Source: the human T2T-CHM13v2.0 reference genome, Homo sapiens. Taken from it: DNA of 64,000 bases. The stretch is from the NCBI RefSeq assembly GCF_009914755.1, contig NC_060925.1. One strand, given 5' to 3'. Positions 43,577-58,344 of this stretch are shown here, piece after piece. Each line of letters begins with the position of its first letter. Positions within the stretch are counted from its first letter, which is position 1. The translations under genes and the position numbers were made by a program. Below the pieces are notes generated by a model that worked only from the letters and a program-made list of their open reading frames with translations, was not told the DNA's origin and ran no database searches.

Positions 43577-45660
43577 CCAGCCATGTGGCCATATGAGGGA
43601 GGAGGATTCCAGAAAGAACAGTAGGTGCAAAGGCCATAAGGCAGTGTGTGCCAGCTGTGTTGGCGGCACAGCAAGGAGGCCAGTGTGGCCTACAGTTGTA
43701 GAGATGAAGTCACAGAGATGGGGGTGGGATGTGGGCGAGAGGATGATCGTACAAAGTCTGCTATGTCATTGTAATGGGATGGTGGGCAGGAGAGGATGAT
43801 TGTATAAAGTGTGCTAGGTCATGGTAAAGAGATTGGTTTTTATTTGGAAGCTTTTAAGGAGAGGAGCAACACATTCACCTTAACTGCTGTTAAGAACAGA
43901 CTGTAGGAAGCCATGGGTGGAAGATGGGAGTCAATGAGGAGGCTGCTGCAATCATCCAGGCAAGAAATTGTCAGTGGCTACCACCAGGTTGTAAGAAGAG
44001 GCCAGATTCTGCATGCAATTTTAAGACAGTGACAGTAGGATTTGTGGATAGTTTGTATCAGAATATGAGAGGAAGAGAGCTGTCAATAATGACACGAGGG
44101 CTTTTGCCTAAGCAACTGGAAGGATAGAACTGCCATTAATTACATGATTGAGATTGCAAAGAGCAGGACTGGGGAGAAAAATCAGGAGTTCCACTGTGGA
44201 GATGTTAAATGTGGATGTCTAATAGACTTGGCAAGAAGACAGCTGATGTACAAGTCTGTATTTTGGGCAATTGGTCCAGGCTGGAGATAAAAATTTGGGC
44301 TTTGTCATCATGTGGATGTACATAACAAGGAGACTGAATAAGATCTCCGGGAAGTGAAAGAGGCTAGCAAAAAGAAAAGGTCCAAGTACTGAGCCCTGGA
44401 TCCTCCAACATTAGAAGTCATGGAGTGAGAAGGCACCCACTAAGAAGTGAAGGAGCAGCCTCTGATACTATCCAGAGAAGAACCTTAAAGTCAGGCAAAG
44501 AAAGAATTTTAGGGAGGAGGGAGTGATCAACTCTGTCCAGTGTTGCTGGTAGGCCAAAAAAATGAGCCCTGAAAACTGACCATTGAAATTCAGTAGCACA
44601 ATTTTTTTGCTGTTGTTGTTTGAGACAGGGTCTCACTCTGTCGCCCAGGCTGGAGTGCAGTGGTGTGATCTCAGCTCACTGCAGCCTCTACTTCCTAGGT
44701 TCAAGTGATTCTCATGCCTCAGTCTCCTGAGTAGCTGGGATTATAGGCAAGCAGCACAAAATTTGCTGCTGAACTTGACAAGACAGTTTTTGAAGAGAGG
44801 AAGGAGGCAGGAGCCTGACTGGACGGAGCTTAAGAGAGAATGAAAGGAGAGAAATTGCAGCTATCAAATACAGACAACTCTTTCTAGGTTTTTTTCTATA
44901 AAAAGGAGCAAATAAGTAAAGTGCTAGTAAGAGTAAAACATAAAGTCAACAGAAATATTTTTTAAGATTGGAGAAATAGCAGTTATGCCCTATTCCTACA
45001 TGATGATGGGAATAATTTAGTAGAAAGGGAAAGAGTGATGGCAGAAAGAGAGAGAAGAATTGCTCGAACAAGGTCTGGGTAAGCTAGGAGGAACAGATTA
45101 AGCAGAGGAGCTCCTAGCTGCGTGGGCTTAGTAACAGGAGGGAGGGCAGAATCTGCAGGTGCAGATGAAGGCAGGTTGGGAGCTGTGATGGGGAGTGAAC
45201 GTGTGGAAGTTCTCTTCCGATGATTCAGTCTTCTCAGTGAATAGAAAGCAAATTATTCAGCTGAGAGTGAGGCTCAGAAAGGAGGTATTAGAGAGTTAAG
45301 AAGAAAAAGGAAGGCATTAAATCATCAACTAAGAACTGAAGACTGAATTATAGGGAGTACAGAAAGGCCGACAGGCCACATGAGATGTGCACCTGAGTTT
45401 CCCATGAGAAAGTGGGGATGAACATTTGAAGGTTTACTCTGTCCGGGGATTATGTGACAGTCTTTCATGCCTTCTCTTACTTAGCCATCAGTACCACTTT
45501 GAAAGGTGGGTGTTCTCCCAAGATAATATCAAGATGAAGAAATAATATCCAAGAAAACCTTGGGCAAGGTCTCAGGGTCAATCATTGGCAAAGGTGGAAT
45601 GCAAGCTCATGTCTGAGTTTAAACTGCTTTCTCCTACATAATCTAGAAAATAAAGATACC

Positions 45661-45990
<330 letters not shown>

Positions 45991-46458
45991 TTAATAAGAT
46001 AAATAAGACCCATAAATATCATAGGTAATAATACATACCATAAACAAGGTATAGAAAATCTGTGATGGCAGTTGAGGAAGAAAAGGTAACCTGCTGCTGG
46101 TGAGTCCTGACAGGGGGACCATACTAGTGACCTCTAAATCCAAACCAGTTGGGGTACAGAGTACACCTAGCTCATAAATATTTGTTGAATGAGTTTATGA
46201 ATGAGAAAGATTAGTACTTTCATTTCTCATTTAGTTTAATTCATGTTTATATGAATGTATATAAAATGTAGTTATTTGTTCCAGAGCATGTTATATGAAG
46301 AAAGGCCTTTCAATAGAATGATATCTTCTAATAGACTTGATGCTTTGTTGGTTATACCAGCTGTAACTGGTATGTAAAGAGAATGTTAGCATTATTTAAA
46401 CTTCGAGTTGCACCGCTGCTATTCATGCTGCCTCCTAAACAGAAATGATCTATTTCAG

Positions 46459-47205
46459 TGTGCCTCATTGCTTGGAATTCAGCGGAATATTGATTAGAAA
46501 GAAACTGCTCTAATATCAGCAAGTCTCTTTATATGGCCTCAAGATCAATGAAATGATGTCATAAGCGATCACTTCCTATATGCACTTATTCTCAAGAAGA
46601 ACATCTTTATGGTAAAGATGGGAGCCCAGTTTCACTGCCATATACTCTTCAAGGACTTTCTGAAGCCTCACTTATGAGATGCCTGAAGCCAGGCCATGGC
46701 TATAAACAATTACATGGCTCTAAAAAGTTTTGCCCTTTTTAAGGAAGGCACTAAAAAGAGCTGTCCTGGTATCTAGACCCATCTTCTTTTTGAAATCAGC
46801 ATACTCAATGTTACTATCTGCTTTTGGTTATAATGTGTTTTTAATTATCTAAAGTATGAAGCATTTTCTGGGGTTATGATGGCCTTACCTTTATTAGGAA
46901 GTATGGTTTTATTTTGATAGTAGCTTCCTCCTCTGGTGGTGTTAATCATTTCATTTTTACCCTTACTTGGTTTGAGTTTCTCTCACATTACTGTATATAC
47001 TTTGCCTTTCCATAATCACTCAGTGATTGCAATTTGCACAAGTTTTTTTAAATTATGGGAATCAAGATTTAATCCTAGAGATTTGGTGTACAATTCAGGC
47101 TTTGGATGTTTCTTTAGCAGTTTTGTGATAAGTTCTAGTTGCTTGTAAAATTTCACTTAATAATGTGTACATTAGTCATTCAATAAATTGTAATTGTAAA
47201 GAAAA
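46459..47205 (+). other. CR2: CR2 exon 20 (non-coding 3'UTR exon)
   Basis: tatttCAG acceptor, unique non-repeat sequence, AATAAA at 47182-47187 followed by a T-rich downstream element. Confidence 0.85.
47182..47187 (+). terminator. CR2: CR2 polyadenylation signal AATAAA
   Basis: Canonical hexamer with a downstream U-rich tract at ~47221-47238. Confidence 0.8.
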
Positions 47206-47589
47206 CATACAACACTTGCCTTATTTTGTTTTTTTTTTGGAGTCAATGAACTCTTCGATAACAGAGAGTCTTAGGGCTTTAAAGTCCACGATTTAACAGT
47301 TATTCATTCAGGATCCCATCACTTGGTCGTTTTAGCCAAACTTTTAACCCACAAATTCAATTTCCTCACCCTCAAGACTTTCTCTTATATTTGTCCAGCC
47401 AATACCTTCTCCGGCTCACTCATCCTCTCCCACCACACCCTTGATATAGATATAGCTGTTAATTTTCTCTGTTCCAACATTTAAACTATTGAGAAAATAA
47501 AACCTTGCTCACTGGTGACCACAAATTTACTCTGTACCTTCCCCTAGACTAGGTATGCTGTTCAGCATCTGTTTTTTTTCTGTTTTTTA

Positions 47590-49020
47590 AAATTGTGATT
47601 AAAAACACATAAAATTTACCATCTTCACCATTTTTAAGGGTACAGTTCGGTAGAGTTAGGTACATTCACATTGTTGTAGAGCAGATCTCCACAACTCTTT
47701 TTCTCTTATAAAACCAAGATTCTATATCCATTATATAGTAACTCCACATTCCCCCATCCCTTCAGTCCCTGGCAACCACCATTCTGTTTTCTGTCGCAAT
47801 GAATTTGACTACTCTCAGTACCTCATATAAGTGGAATCATACAGTACCTGTCCTTTTGTGACTTATTTCACTTAGCATAATGTCCTCAAGGTTCATTAAT
47901 GTTGTAGCACGTGTCAGAATTTCTTTCCTTTTTAAGGAAAGGAAGAAATTCATTGTGTGTATATGCAATTTTGTTTACATTTTGTTTATCCATTTATCTG
48001 TCGATAGACATTAGGTTGTGTATTAGTCTGTTCTTACATTGCAATATAGAAATACCTGAGACTGAGTACTTTATAAAGAAAAGAGTTTTAATTGGCTCAT
48101 GGTTCCGCAGACTGTATGAGAAGCATGATACTGGCATCTGCTCAGCTTCTGGGGAGGCCCCCAGGAAACTGACAATTATGGCAGAAGATGAAGAGGGAAG
48201 CCAGGCATGTTTTACATGGCAGAAGCAGGATCAAGGGAGAGAATGGGGAGGTGCCACACACTAGAACAACACCAAGGGGATGGTGCTAAACCATTCATGA
48301 AGGATCCACCCTCATGATCCAATCACCTCCTACCAGGTCCCACCTCCAACAACTGAGGATTACAATTCGACATGAGATTTGGATGGGAACACAGCGTTTT
48401 TCTGAGCCCTCCATATTTTTCCAACCTCTGCCTGTTACCCAATTCCAAAGTTGCTGCCGCATTTTCAGGTATCTTTATAGCAATGACCCACTCCTGGGTA
48501 CCAATTTTCTGTATTAGTTTCTTCCCACATTGCTATAAAGAAATACCTGAGACTGGATAATGTATAAACAAAAGAGGTTTAATTGGCTTATGGTTCCAGG
48601 GTCTGTACAGGAAGCATGCTGCTGACTTCTTCCTGCCTTCTGGGGAGGCCTTGGGAAACTCACAACCATGGAGGAAGGCAAAGGGGAAGCAAGACATCTC
48701 ATACGGTGGGAGCAGGAGGAAGAGAGAGAGGGGGCAGGTGCTACACACTTTTAAACTACTAGATTTGGTGAGAACTCACTCCCTACATGGTACCAAGCTA
48801 ATCCATTCATGAGAAATCCACCTTCATGATCCAATCACCTCCTAGTAGGCCCCTCTCCAACACTGGAGATTACAATTTGACATAATATTTGGATCCAAAC
48901 CATATCAGGTTGTTTCCATCTCTTTACTATTGTGAATAGTGCTTCCATGAGCATGGGTGTGCAGATGTCTTTTCAGACATTGCCTCAATTCTTTTGGATC
49001 CATACCCAGAAGTGGGATGC
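47590..49020 (-). mobile_element. L1MA/MB 3' fragment interrupted by an MST element
   Basis: Antisense L1M 3' motifs on both sides of the MST insertion join across the TSD. Confidence 0.78.
48019..48907 (-). mobile_element. MST MaLR provirus with internal deletion (LTR 48510-48907, ~115 nt internal, LTR 48019-48394), TSD GGTTG
   Basis: Two tgtattagt-starting LTR copies, MST-int-like piece between them, ggttg at 48014-48018 and 48908-48912. Confidence 0.85.
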
Positions 49021-49799
49021 TCTTCAGCACCTTTTATTCGTGTACAGTCAGCAACACTTTCATTTCCCCACATTGTCTGTTCACTCACCTCGAGCCATCT
49101 ACTCTATTCTACATTCATTCATTCTTCCTTCTATTAAGGGATGATGAAAACATCCGAAGGTAATTCTCTTAACTTCCTCTCCCTCCACCTTCCATCCTAT
49201 CTACATCCACTCACCCTTACCCTCATGTCTGTCTTCCACTTTTCACAGCCTATATCTTTCACTCTTCATCCCTTTCTGTCTTTTCCAGGACATTGTTCCT
49301 TCAGTTAGCCCCTCTCTCATCATTGGCTCCTTCGTTCCACCTCCAAAACTCCTGAAGCCAAGACCTGCTGAGCTGCATGTGACAGAAATCCACCTCACAC
49401 TGGCTTAGACCAAAAATGAATTTTGCTAAATCACATGACAGAAAAGTCCAAGCATGTAGCTGGCTTTTGTCAAAACAGGAATAGTCAAAGGGTGCCTTCA
49501 GGAATATCTTCTCCTTCTGCTTTGCCTGGCTGGCTTCATTCTCTGGAAAAAACTCCCTAAAAACTGGCAAAATATTTACTGATGATGCAACATGCACGTC
49601 TCATCAGCTTAGCCTTCCAGTACAAAGAGCCTCTCGTCCAATAAGTCTTTCAAAAGTCCCTTCAATAGCTTTCATTCTCCAAATAGGGTTACATGCCCCC
49701 AAAGGAAACAATAACTAGGAGCAGGACAGTGAAATAAACACAGGGCAAGGCCTGAGTTGCCTGCCCAGCCTTGGAGATGGGGGTAGGGTTGGTCTACCT

Positions 49800-50016
49800 C
49801 ATTGGTTCTCAGGTGGGATGATTTTGCCCTCCCAAGGACATTTGGCAGTGTCTAGAGACATTTTTGGTTACTACAACTGAAGGACGGAAGGGCTTCCAGC
49901 CTCTAGTAGGTAGAGGCCAGGGATACTGCCAAACATCCTCCAAGGCAAAAGACAGCCCTCCAGAACAAAGAATTATCTGGTCCACGATGTCAATAATATT
50001 GAGGTCGAGAAACCAT
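49800..50016 (+). mobile_element. MER20 (hAT-Charlie)
   Basis: ggttctca..gattttgccctcc..ggacatttggca..gtagaggccagggatactgc..gagaaacc. Confidence 0.85.
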
Positions 50017-52250
50017 AGTCTTCCAGAATCACATTGAACTATGGGAAAGAGGGGATTTCCCAGTGGAAAAATCTAGGGGCAAATCCCAGAGGAAGGGACC
50101 CATTTAGAGCAACAGATATCCACCTTCACCTCCATCTGAAAAAAATCTTCCCCCAAACCATCTATGTTTCTCGTTTAAACTACCTCTCTTACACCAAATT
50201 TTCTGAAAGAGTGGTTGGCCTTAGCTGTCTCAACCACTGTAGTCATTCATTCAAGTGATGATAATTATGGAGCTCCTTCTATGTGCTAAGCATTATTTTA
50301 GGTCATGGGATTTGGCAGTCGTAAACTGACATGTTCTCATGCAGCTTTTATTCTGGTGGGAGAGACACACAATAAGCAGATTTTCAGTTGGTAATAAAAT
50401 GAAAAAATGATAAGTATAATTTTTTAATCTATATGAAACAGGCAAAAAGGAAAGGAAGTTCTGAATTAATGTGCAATTTTAAATAGTGGCCAAGGAAGGC
50501 TCCATTAAGAAGGTCTCATTTGAGCCAAATAACTCAAGGAGATGAGGTAGTAGCCATGCAGAGCGATATCTGGGCAAAGAGCATTCTAAGCAAAAGGAAT
50601 ATTAAATGGGAGGAAAAAACTGAAGAGAAAAATACACCTGCTGCACTTGGAGAAATAATTTGTTTGCAAGCTGATGGTAAAAATCCAGCAGAAAGAGGTG
50701 TATGATAGTGCTGGAGGAAGTGAGAATTGCTGGTTTCCTTGAGTGAGTGAGAGCAAATCGAATCTAGGGCACAAGTGGAGAGATCACCCTTAGACTTAGA
50801 CTGTGAACAGTATAATTATATTAACAGGAGAGACGGAGGTTTCATGGGCCAAATACAAGAATTTGGGTGGAGTGATGGTAGAAAATTGTAGATCTATTTG
50901 ATTGTTTCTATTTTCTCAATAAAGAAAGAAACAAAGCCATTCACAGAAATTAAGAATGTTGGAGAAGGTGTCAGAAATAAATGTCAAAATAAAAATATGA
51001 AATAGTCATTTAGGAGAATGGGAGAATAAATGGATTAGACAAACAATAGTGGGAATGTCAGGCAGAAGTATAATGGTCCATTTGAAATTATTTGTTACTA
51101 AAGTAAGGCTAGTCATTGTGGCTATGTGTCTTTTCCAGCCACATTCAGTTTCACAGGTATGACAGCAAAATAATGGAGAATTGATTCTAACCAGTAATGT
51201 TGTTTTGTCTAATGGCTATAATAACCCAAGAGAAGGGTGAGGGAGCTAACAGTGGGTGCAAGATGGTGATTATAAAGACAGAGTATGGAATTTAACCTGG
51301 TAGTGATGAAAGTGAAGACACAAAGGAGGTGAGAAGCTGAGAGAGATAGCGGTAGGATCAATGGGCTGCAGGCACTGAGACAGACAAAGATTGCTGGATT
51401 CAGTTTAACGTTACTAGGGTAAAAGAAAAGAGTTGGATTGGTGGTTAGAGAGTGGGATCATTGAAATCACTGAGAGGTTGAAAGTGACAAGTCTCCGAGC
51501 ATGCACATGAGCATTAGAGTCAGAGGAGAGTGGAGGACAAGACCACAGGCAGAGAAGAGGTCAAGGCACTGGAAGGCCAGGGATTTGAAAATACTATTGC
51601 TGTGAATGTTGAAATCACCAGGAACTGTGGCAGAAGTAACAGTGGAGAAGGTGGCCATGAGCCAGGAGCTCAAACTTTCAAGGAATGAGGGAGAAAGTAG
51701 ATACTAGGAGATGGATACCAGCAGAAGTGGTAAGGAGTGGCACCTTCTGATAGCATGTGATGTAAAACTGGGGAAATGAGCCTTCTCCTCTTCTCTTTTC
51801 CTAAGCCTACTACAATCTGGCTGCTACTCCCATTACTCTGTTGAGAATAACTTGAAATGATGATAGCAAATCCTTAAAAGAATGTCACTGGATGTACTAA
51901 AAACTGTGATAAGTGATATGATCAAAGTAGACATTTCTTCCACTAGAATTTTGGGAGGAAGCCTAATGGAAACCAATGCGCACAGAAAGACAAATGCTGT
52001 ATGTTATTAGTCATATGTGGACTCTAAAAAACTCATCTCATAGAAGTAGAGGGTAGAATACTGGTTACCAGAGGCTGGGGAAGGGAGAGACAATGGGAGA
52101 TGGAGAGAGATTGGTTAAAGGGCACAGGATCACAGATAGATAGGAGGAATACATTCATCCTTGAATACTTAACCCTCTGCCCTAAATCTGTCAGTCCTAC
52201 ATCCATACTTCTTATTTCAGTAAGTAGCACCACCATTCATTTCTAATCCT

Positions 52251-52803
52251 GGGGCTAACTCTTTTTTTTTTTTCTTTTCTGAATCATGTCTCCTTTTAAT
52301 GGTTAAGGAAAACAAGTTTAACATAAAATTAGCAACAACAACAACAACAACAACAAAATCAAGGTTTAAAGTCAAAATTATTTTAAGAGAAAAACCCAGG
52401 CAAAATAGCCTACCTACAGACAGGCAGTACATGTCAGAAGGACAGGCCACCCCCAATAAAAAAGATAAAATATTATTTTTTCTACCTTTTTTAAACTTAA
52501 TTATTTAATTATTTCTTTCTTTTTTCTTTTTTTTGTTTCTTTTTTTTATTATACTTTAAGTTTTAGGGTACATGTGCACAACGTGCAGGTTTGTTACATA
52601 TGTATACATGTGCGACGTTGGTGTGCTGCACCCATTAACTCGTCCTTTACATTAGGTATATCTCCTAATGCTATCCCTCCCCCCTCCCCCCACCCCACAA
52701 CAGGCCCCGGTGTGTGATGTTCCTCTTCCTGTGTCCATGTGTTCTCATTGTGGAAGCTGGAAACCATCATTCTCAGCAAACTACCGCAAGGGGGCTAACT
52801 CTT
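52251..52803 (-). mobile_element. young L1PA (L1PA2-4-like) insertion with 5' inversion and 3' transduction, TSD GGGGCTAACTCTT
   Basis: TSD at 52251-52263 and 52791-52803; poly-T 52262-52278; unique ~230 nt; second T-rich tail ~52510-52548; antisense L1 3'UTR to 52750; sense L1 piece ~52752-52790. Confidence 0.9.
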
Positions 52804-53239
52804 GATTGCTTTCTTCTCACCACCAACCTTAAGAAAGGAAGTAACCAAAATCCAATACATGAGCAACTGTTCATTCCATCTCCAATATCTTTGTTAATTG
52901 TCCACTTTATCCACCCAGTCAGGGCCGCCATCAAACCTCACTTGGATGTCGGCAAAAGCTCCCCTGACTGGTCTTCGCAGTCCATTATTGCCCTATTCTA
53001 ATCTACCTTCCATACTATACACAGATTTACATTTTTTAAATGTGTATCTAATTGTCCCTCCCTTTTAAAAAATCTTACAATGGCATGACGTCTCAATTCA
53101 GGGTAAGGAAATTGTTTCTTCACATTCCCTGTACACCGTACACATCGCCTGCAATTGCCCTTCAACACGGAGAGCAGGCATTTCATTAGCTGACCTTCCC
53201 ACACACATTCTTGCAAAGAGGAAAAGTTAAGCAGGGTGT

Positions 53240-54050
53240 TTGGAGGCGAGCTGCCATCATCCACCGCCTTTGTCTGGAAGCGCAGGGCCTCACACGCGGG
53301 ATCCATCGGAAGCCCGAGCATTGTCAATCTCTGCTGCTGCACCTGGGTCAGCAAGGTGGGCTCTGCCAGCGAAACTCGTTAGAAACAATGCAAATGGGGA
53401 GTAAACATGACCTCGCCCATGAAGGGGAAGCTGTGGTCAAAAGCATTTTGTCCCGGAACCCCGCAGCCCTCCCCACACTCTGGGCGCGGAGCACAATGAT
53501 TGGTCACTCCTATTTTCGCTGAGCTTTTCCTCTTATTTCAGTTTTCTTCGAGATCAAATCTGGTTTGTAGATGTGCTTGGGGAGAATGGGGGCCTCTTCT
53601 CCAAGAAGCCCGGAGCCTGTCGGGCCGCCGGCGCCCGGTCTCCCCTTCTGCTGCGGAGGATCCCTGCTGGCGGTTGTGGTGCTGCTTGCGCTGCCGGTGG
53701 CCTGGGGTGAGAGGCGGGCGGGCGTGGGGAGGCGCCCGGGCGGACGAGGAACCCGGGGCCCCGCAGAGAACTCGCGTGCAGCGCTGAGCTGCGCTGCTCT
53801 GCGCGCCCGGGTCCGAAGGCAGCGCGATGGGTGGGCTGAGCGCGCGACCCGGCAGGGCGGCGGGTGTAGGATCCTTCTGCGCACTGGAGACCCTCGGTGC
53901 TTCTGGGTAAGCGTGGAGTTCCCAGGTGCAGGGGCTTAAGTCGTGACGAGCGCAGTGGAAGGCGCAGATGCTGAGCGGGTGCCGCACGAAATTCCTTGCC
54001 TTTGTGTATTCACAGCCTCGGCTGGCTATAGCCAAGACGTGGCGTTGATC
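53240..54050. promoter_or_regulatory. CR1: CR1 CpG island and TATA-less promoter (RUNX motif TGTGGT 53432-53437, ETS motif CCGGAA 53453-53458, inverted CCAAT 53499-53503)
   Basis: GC/CpG-rich segment and motifs read directly upstream of the CR1 ATG; no TATA box seen. Confidence 0.8.
53586..53706 (+). CDS. CR1: CR1 exon 1 coding part (signal peptide [41 protein letters not shown])
   Basis: Recognised CR1 leader; agaATGg Kozak; donor G|GTGAGA; in-frame upstream ATG at 53571. Confidence 0.96.
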
Positions 54051-55689
54051 CTAGTGAAAGGGAACTTGGGGATCCGACAAACCTGAGTTCTGGTCCTAGA
54101 AACTTAACTGTGAGGCAACTTAGCACACCTGAGTCTGTTTGCTCTTCTGTAAAATGGGGACACTGGTATCTCTGCATCGTGGAGTTGCTGCCTCAGTGGC
54201 ATTAAGCCTGTCGAGTATCTAACACAGGGCTATGTGTCCCCGAGTCCATTTCTATCCCCCAACCGTTACCTCTGTACTTAGCTCCCAATGGTGTTTAGAC
54301 AAGCAGTCCTAGGGATGCAGGTGTTACCTGACAACTGCCCCGCATGGAACTGTCCTCGCCCCCCACACCAAGCCACCACGGCCATCATCACCATGCACTT
54401 AATTGACAGCATACTTTAAGACAGATGCATGCCAGGCACTTGCGGATTAGAAGAGCAAGGGAAGCCCCAGAACATGCAATGTAACCGTTGCAGGTAGAAG
54501 GGACAGTAGATATGTTTACAGTTCGCATTTTAGTGATGTGTTTAGTACAAAATAACGCCTATTATAATTATTATGGAAATTTTGAGGCCACATCTCTTCC
54601 TTTTTCTTAACTTCAAATAGGTAAACATCTTCAGTTAGAACCCTTCTATTATTATTTTTCGGCTCCCCAGAAGTCTTCTTGGTTGCCTAGACTCACTGGC
54701 AACATCTCATTTGAAGTGACAGTCTTGGTTGTTTTTGTCCAGCCTATTCCTGACAACTCCGGGTTCGCCCTTCTCTGCCACTAGACATTTTACATTCATT
54801 ATTTGAGTGTTCCTTCTTCTCTAAAAGAGTAAATAAAATAAAATAAAGTAGAACCAAGTCCCGCAAGAGTTGTTATTAATATTTGATCTCCTTAGGCACC
54901 AGAAAGTAACCTGTCAGGTGCAGAGATGTGATAAAACGTACAATCTTATTTTTAGGAGAGAAGCATGCCCAGTAAGTTAAGCAATCTGTTGTCAACGCTT
55001 AGGAATTTGTGTCATCTTTGGGAGTACTGGCCCTCTTCTTACTAGAATGTTGTTTTACTTAGCCTATGTTGATTAAGTTACTGTTATAAACAATCCCAGA
55101 CACTATTAATTGCAAAAAAAAAATTTACTGAGGTTATCACAATAACTTCCAAATGTGAAACAGCCTAAACTAAACTACCTAGAAATTTTGTTGCTGACAT
55201 AATTTAAATTTTAAAATGCTGATGGATGCTTCCAGTGTGCATGGTCCTTTGGAATTTTAAAGAAGTATAAGAGCTCTGCACCCAAAGTGTATGCATATAG
55301 AAGTAGGTGGTGGAGTTTTATGAAATCTACTTATTAGGAAGCCAGCGTTCTGCTTTTTCCAGCCTCTGCTACTTACCAGCTGGTGTCTTGGACCCAGTAA
55401 GTTAAGTCACATCACTGACCTTCAGTGTCCACATGTATAAAATGAGCATAACTGACATCCTGATCTCTGAGAGAGACGTTTTGAAAATCAGATGGTGTAA
55501 TGCATGTGACAGTGTTTTGTAATCTGAAAACCCCCATGCATGTCTGAAAAACCATGACTAAGAAGTCGTGCAAGACTGCAGGATCACCGAAAAGCGAGAA
55601 ATCTCAACTCCTATGATCAGGAAAGGATGAGTGAAAGGTATATGGCTTTACTAGCACTTAAAGAGTGAATCTAGAAACAGATTGCATAC

Positions 55690-56970
<1,281 letters not shown>

Positions 56971-58344
56971 CGAATTAAGCTTTACCAGGCAGTGTTTAAT
57001 ATAGGGTGGACTCTGGCGCCCTCACGTGGTCCTCATATAGGATCTGGTTTGGTTATCCCTGCTAGGTTAAGGTGCAAGATAGAAGGGAAGTTCCAATTTG
57101 CTTTCTGTGCTTTGTGGTGTATTTTGGTTTACATATGCTCAGATGAGTGGATGTGTGATTTATATTATCTATTTTAATCTAAAATAAGCTTCACATTTGG
57201 ACAGGTAACATCAAAAGTGTCCTACACAGAAATGCTGGGTGAAGATCCCAGTAATAAAACCAACTCCAGAAAACAAGAAAATGGTAGAGTTGACAATCCC
57301 TCTCACCCTCTCCGCAAAGACACATGTATACACATTTTTTGTCAGAGGCATTAAGTAGAAGAAATGCTGTCAGTCTAATCACAACTGATCACAACTCGAT
57401 GAAACCAAAAAACCTAGAAAGTATCATGAAGACTGTCGAAATAAGCTTTACATTCACTATTGTGAACAGAGAGACTCAATGTGACTGTTTTTTGTCCCGT
57501 TAGATGTTAGCTAATGATTGTGCTAAGTCATGATGATTAACAAAGCATTTAAAATATTTATTTTATCTGTGTTACATTTCAAAAATTTATATTGAGGCAT
57601 ATAATTTATGTTCGCGTACATATATAATTTATAAATTTATATATTTGAAAGGGCATGCTCTTTTTTTAAACTGATAGAGGTGCCTAAGCAAAGCAAGTGC
57701 AAATCTATTCCTTAAAGGGTAAGTATGCAGAATGGAAAGCAGAGTGTTCTTTGGGTTGACAGCTCATATTGCAACAGACATGAAAGTGATGATGTGTTAA
57801 TTGTGCATATAGCACAGAATACATCAACTTGCTTTGAATGGAATATCTGAACCAGGAGAATGTGAAAGTGGGCTGAGTCATACAAGACAAAACCCGAAAT
57901 GAGATAACAATACATACCCACTAGAATGGCTAAAATGAAAAAGATTGACCGAGCCAAGTGTTGGCGATAAGGTGGAGTAACTGGAATTATAATATACTGC
58001 TATTTGGCAGGTAAAATTATAACATTAACTTTAGAAAATAGTTCAACAGATTCTTAAAACCTTAGACACACACTCAACATTTTACTCTTAGGTTTTTACC
58101 CAAGAGAAATGAAATCATATGTCCACACAAAGACTTGTACATGAATTTTCATAGCAGTTTTGTTTGTAATAGCCAACACGTGGAAACAATCCAAATGTCC
58201 CTCAACAAGTAAATGGATAAACTAAATTAAGATATATTTATGCAATTGAATATTACCCAGCAACTAAAGGAAACAATTTGTATACATGCAGCAACCTAGA
58301 TGGATCTCTAATTATGCTGTGTGAAGGCTAAACCATAAAAAAAA

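Noticed and set aside
53500-54035. Overlapping ORFs of 95-165 aa at the CR1 promoter
   Set aside because: Same CpG-island artefact; Arg/Pro/Gly-rich with no recognisable domain.
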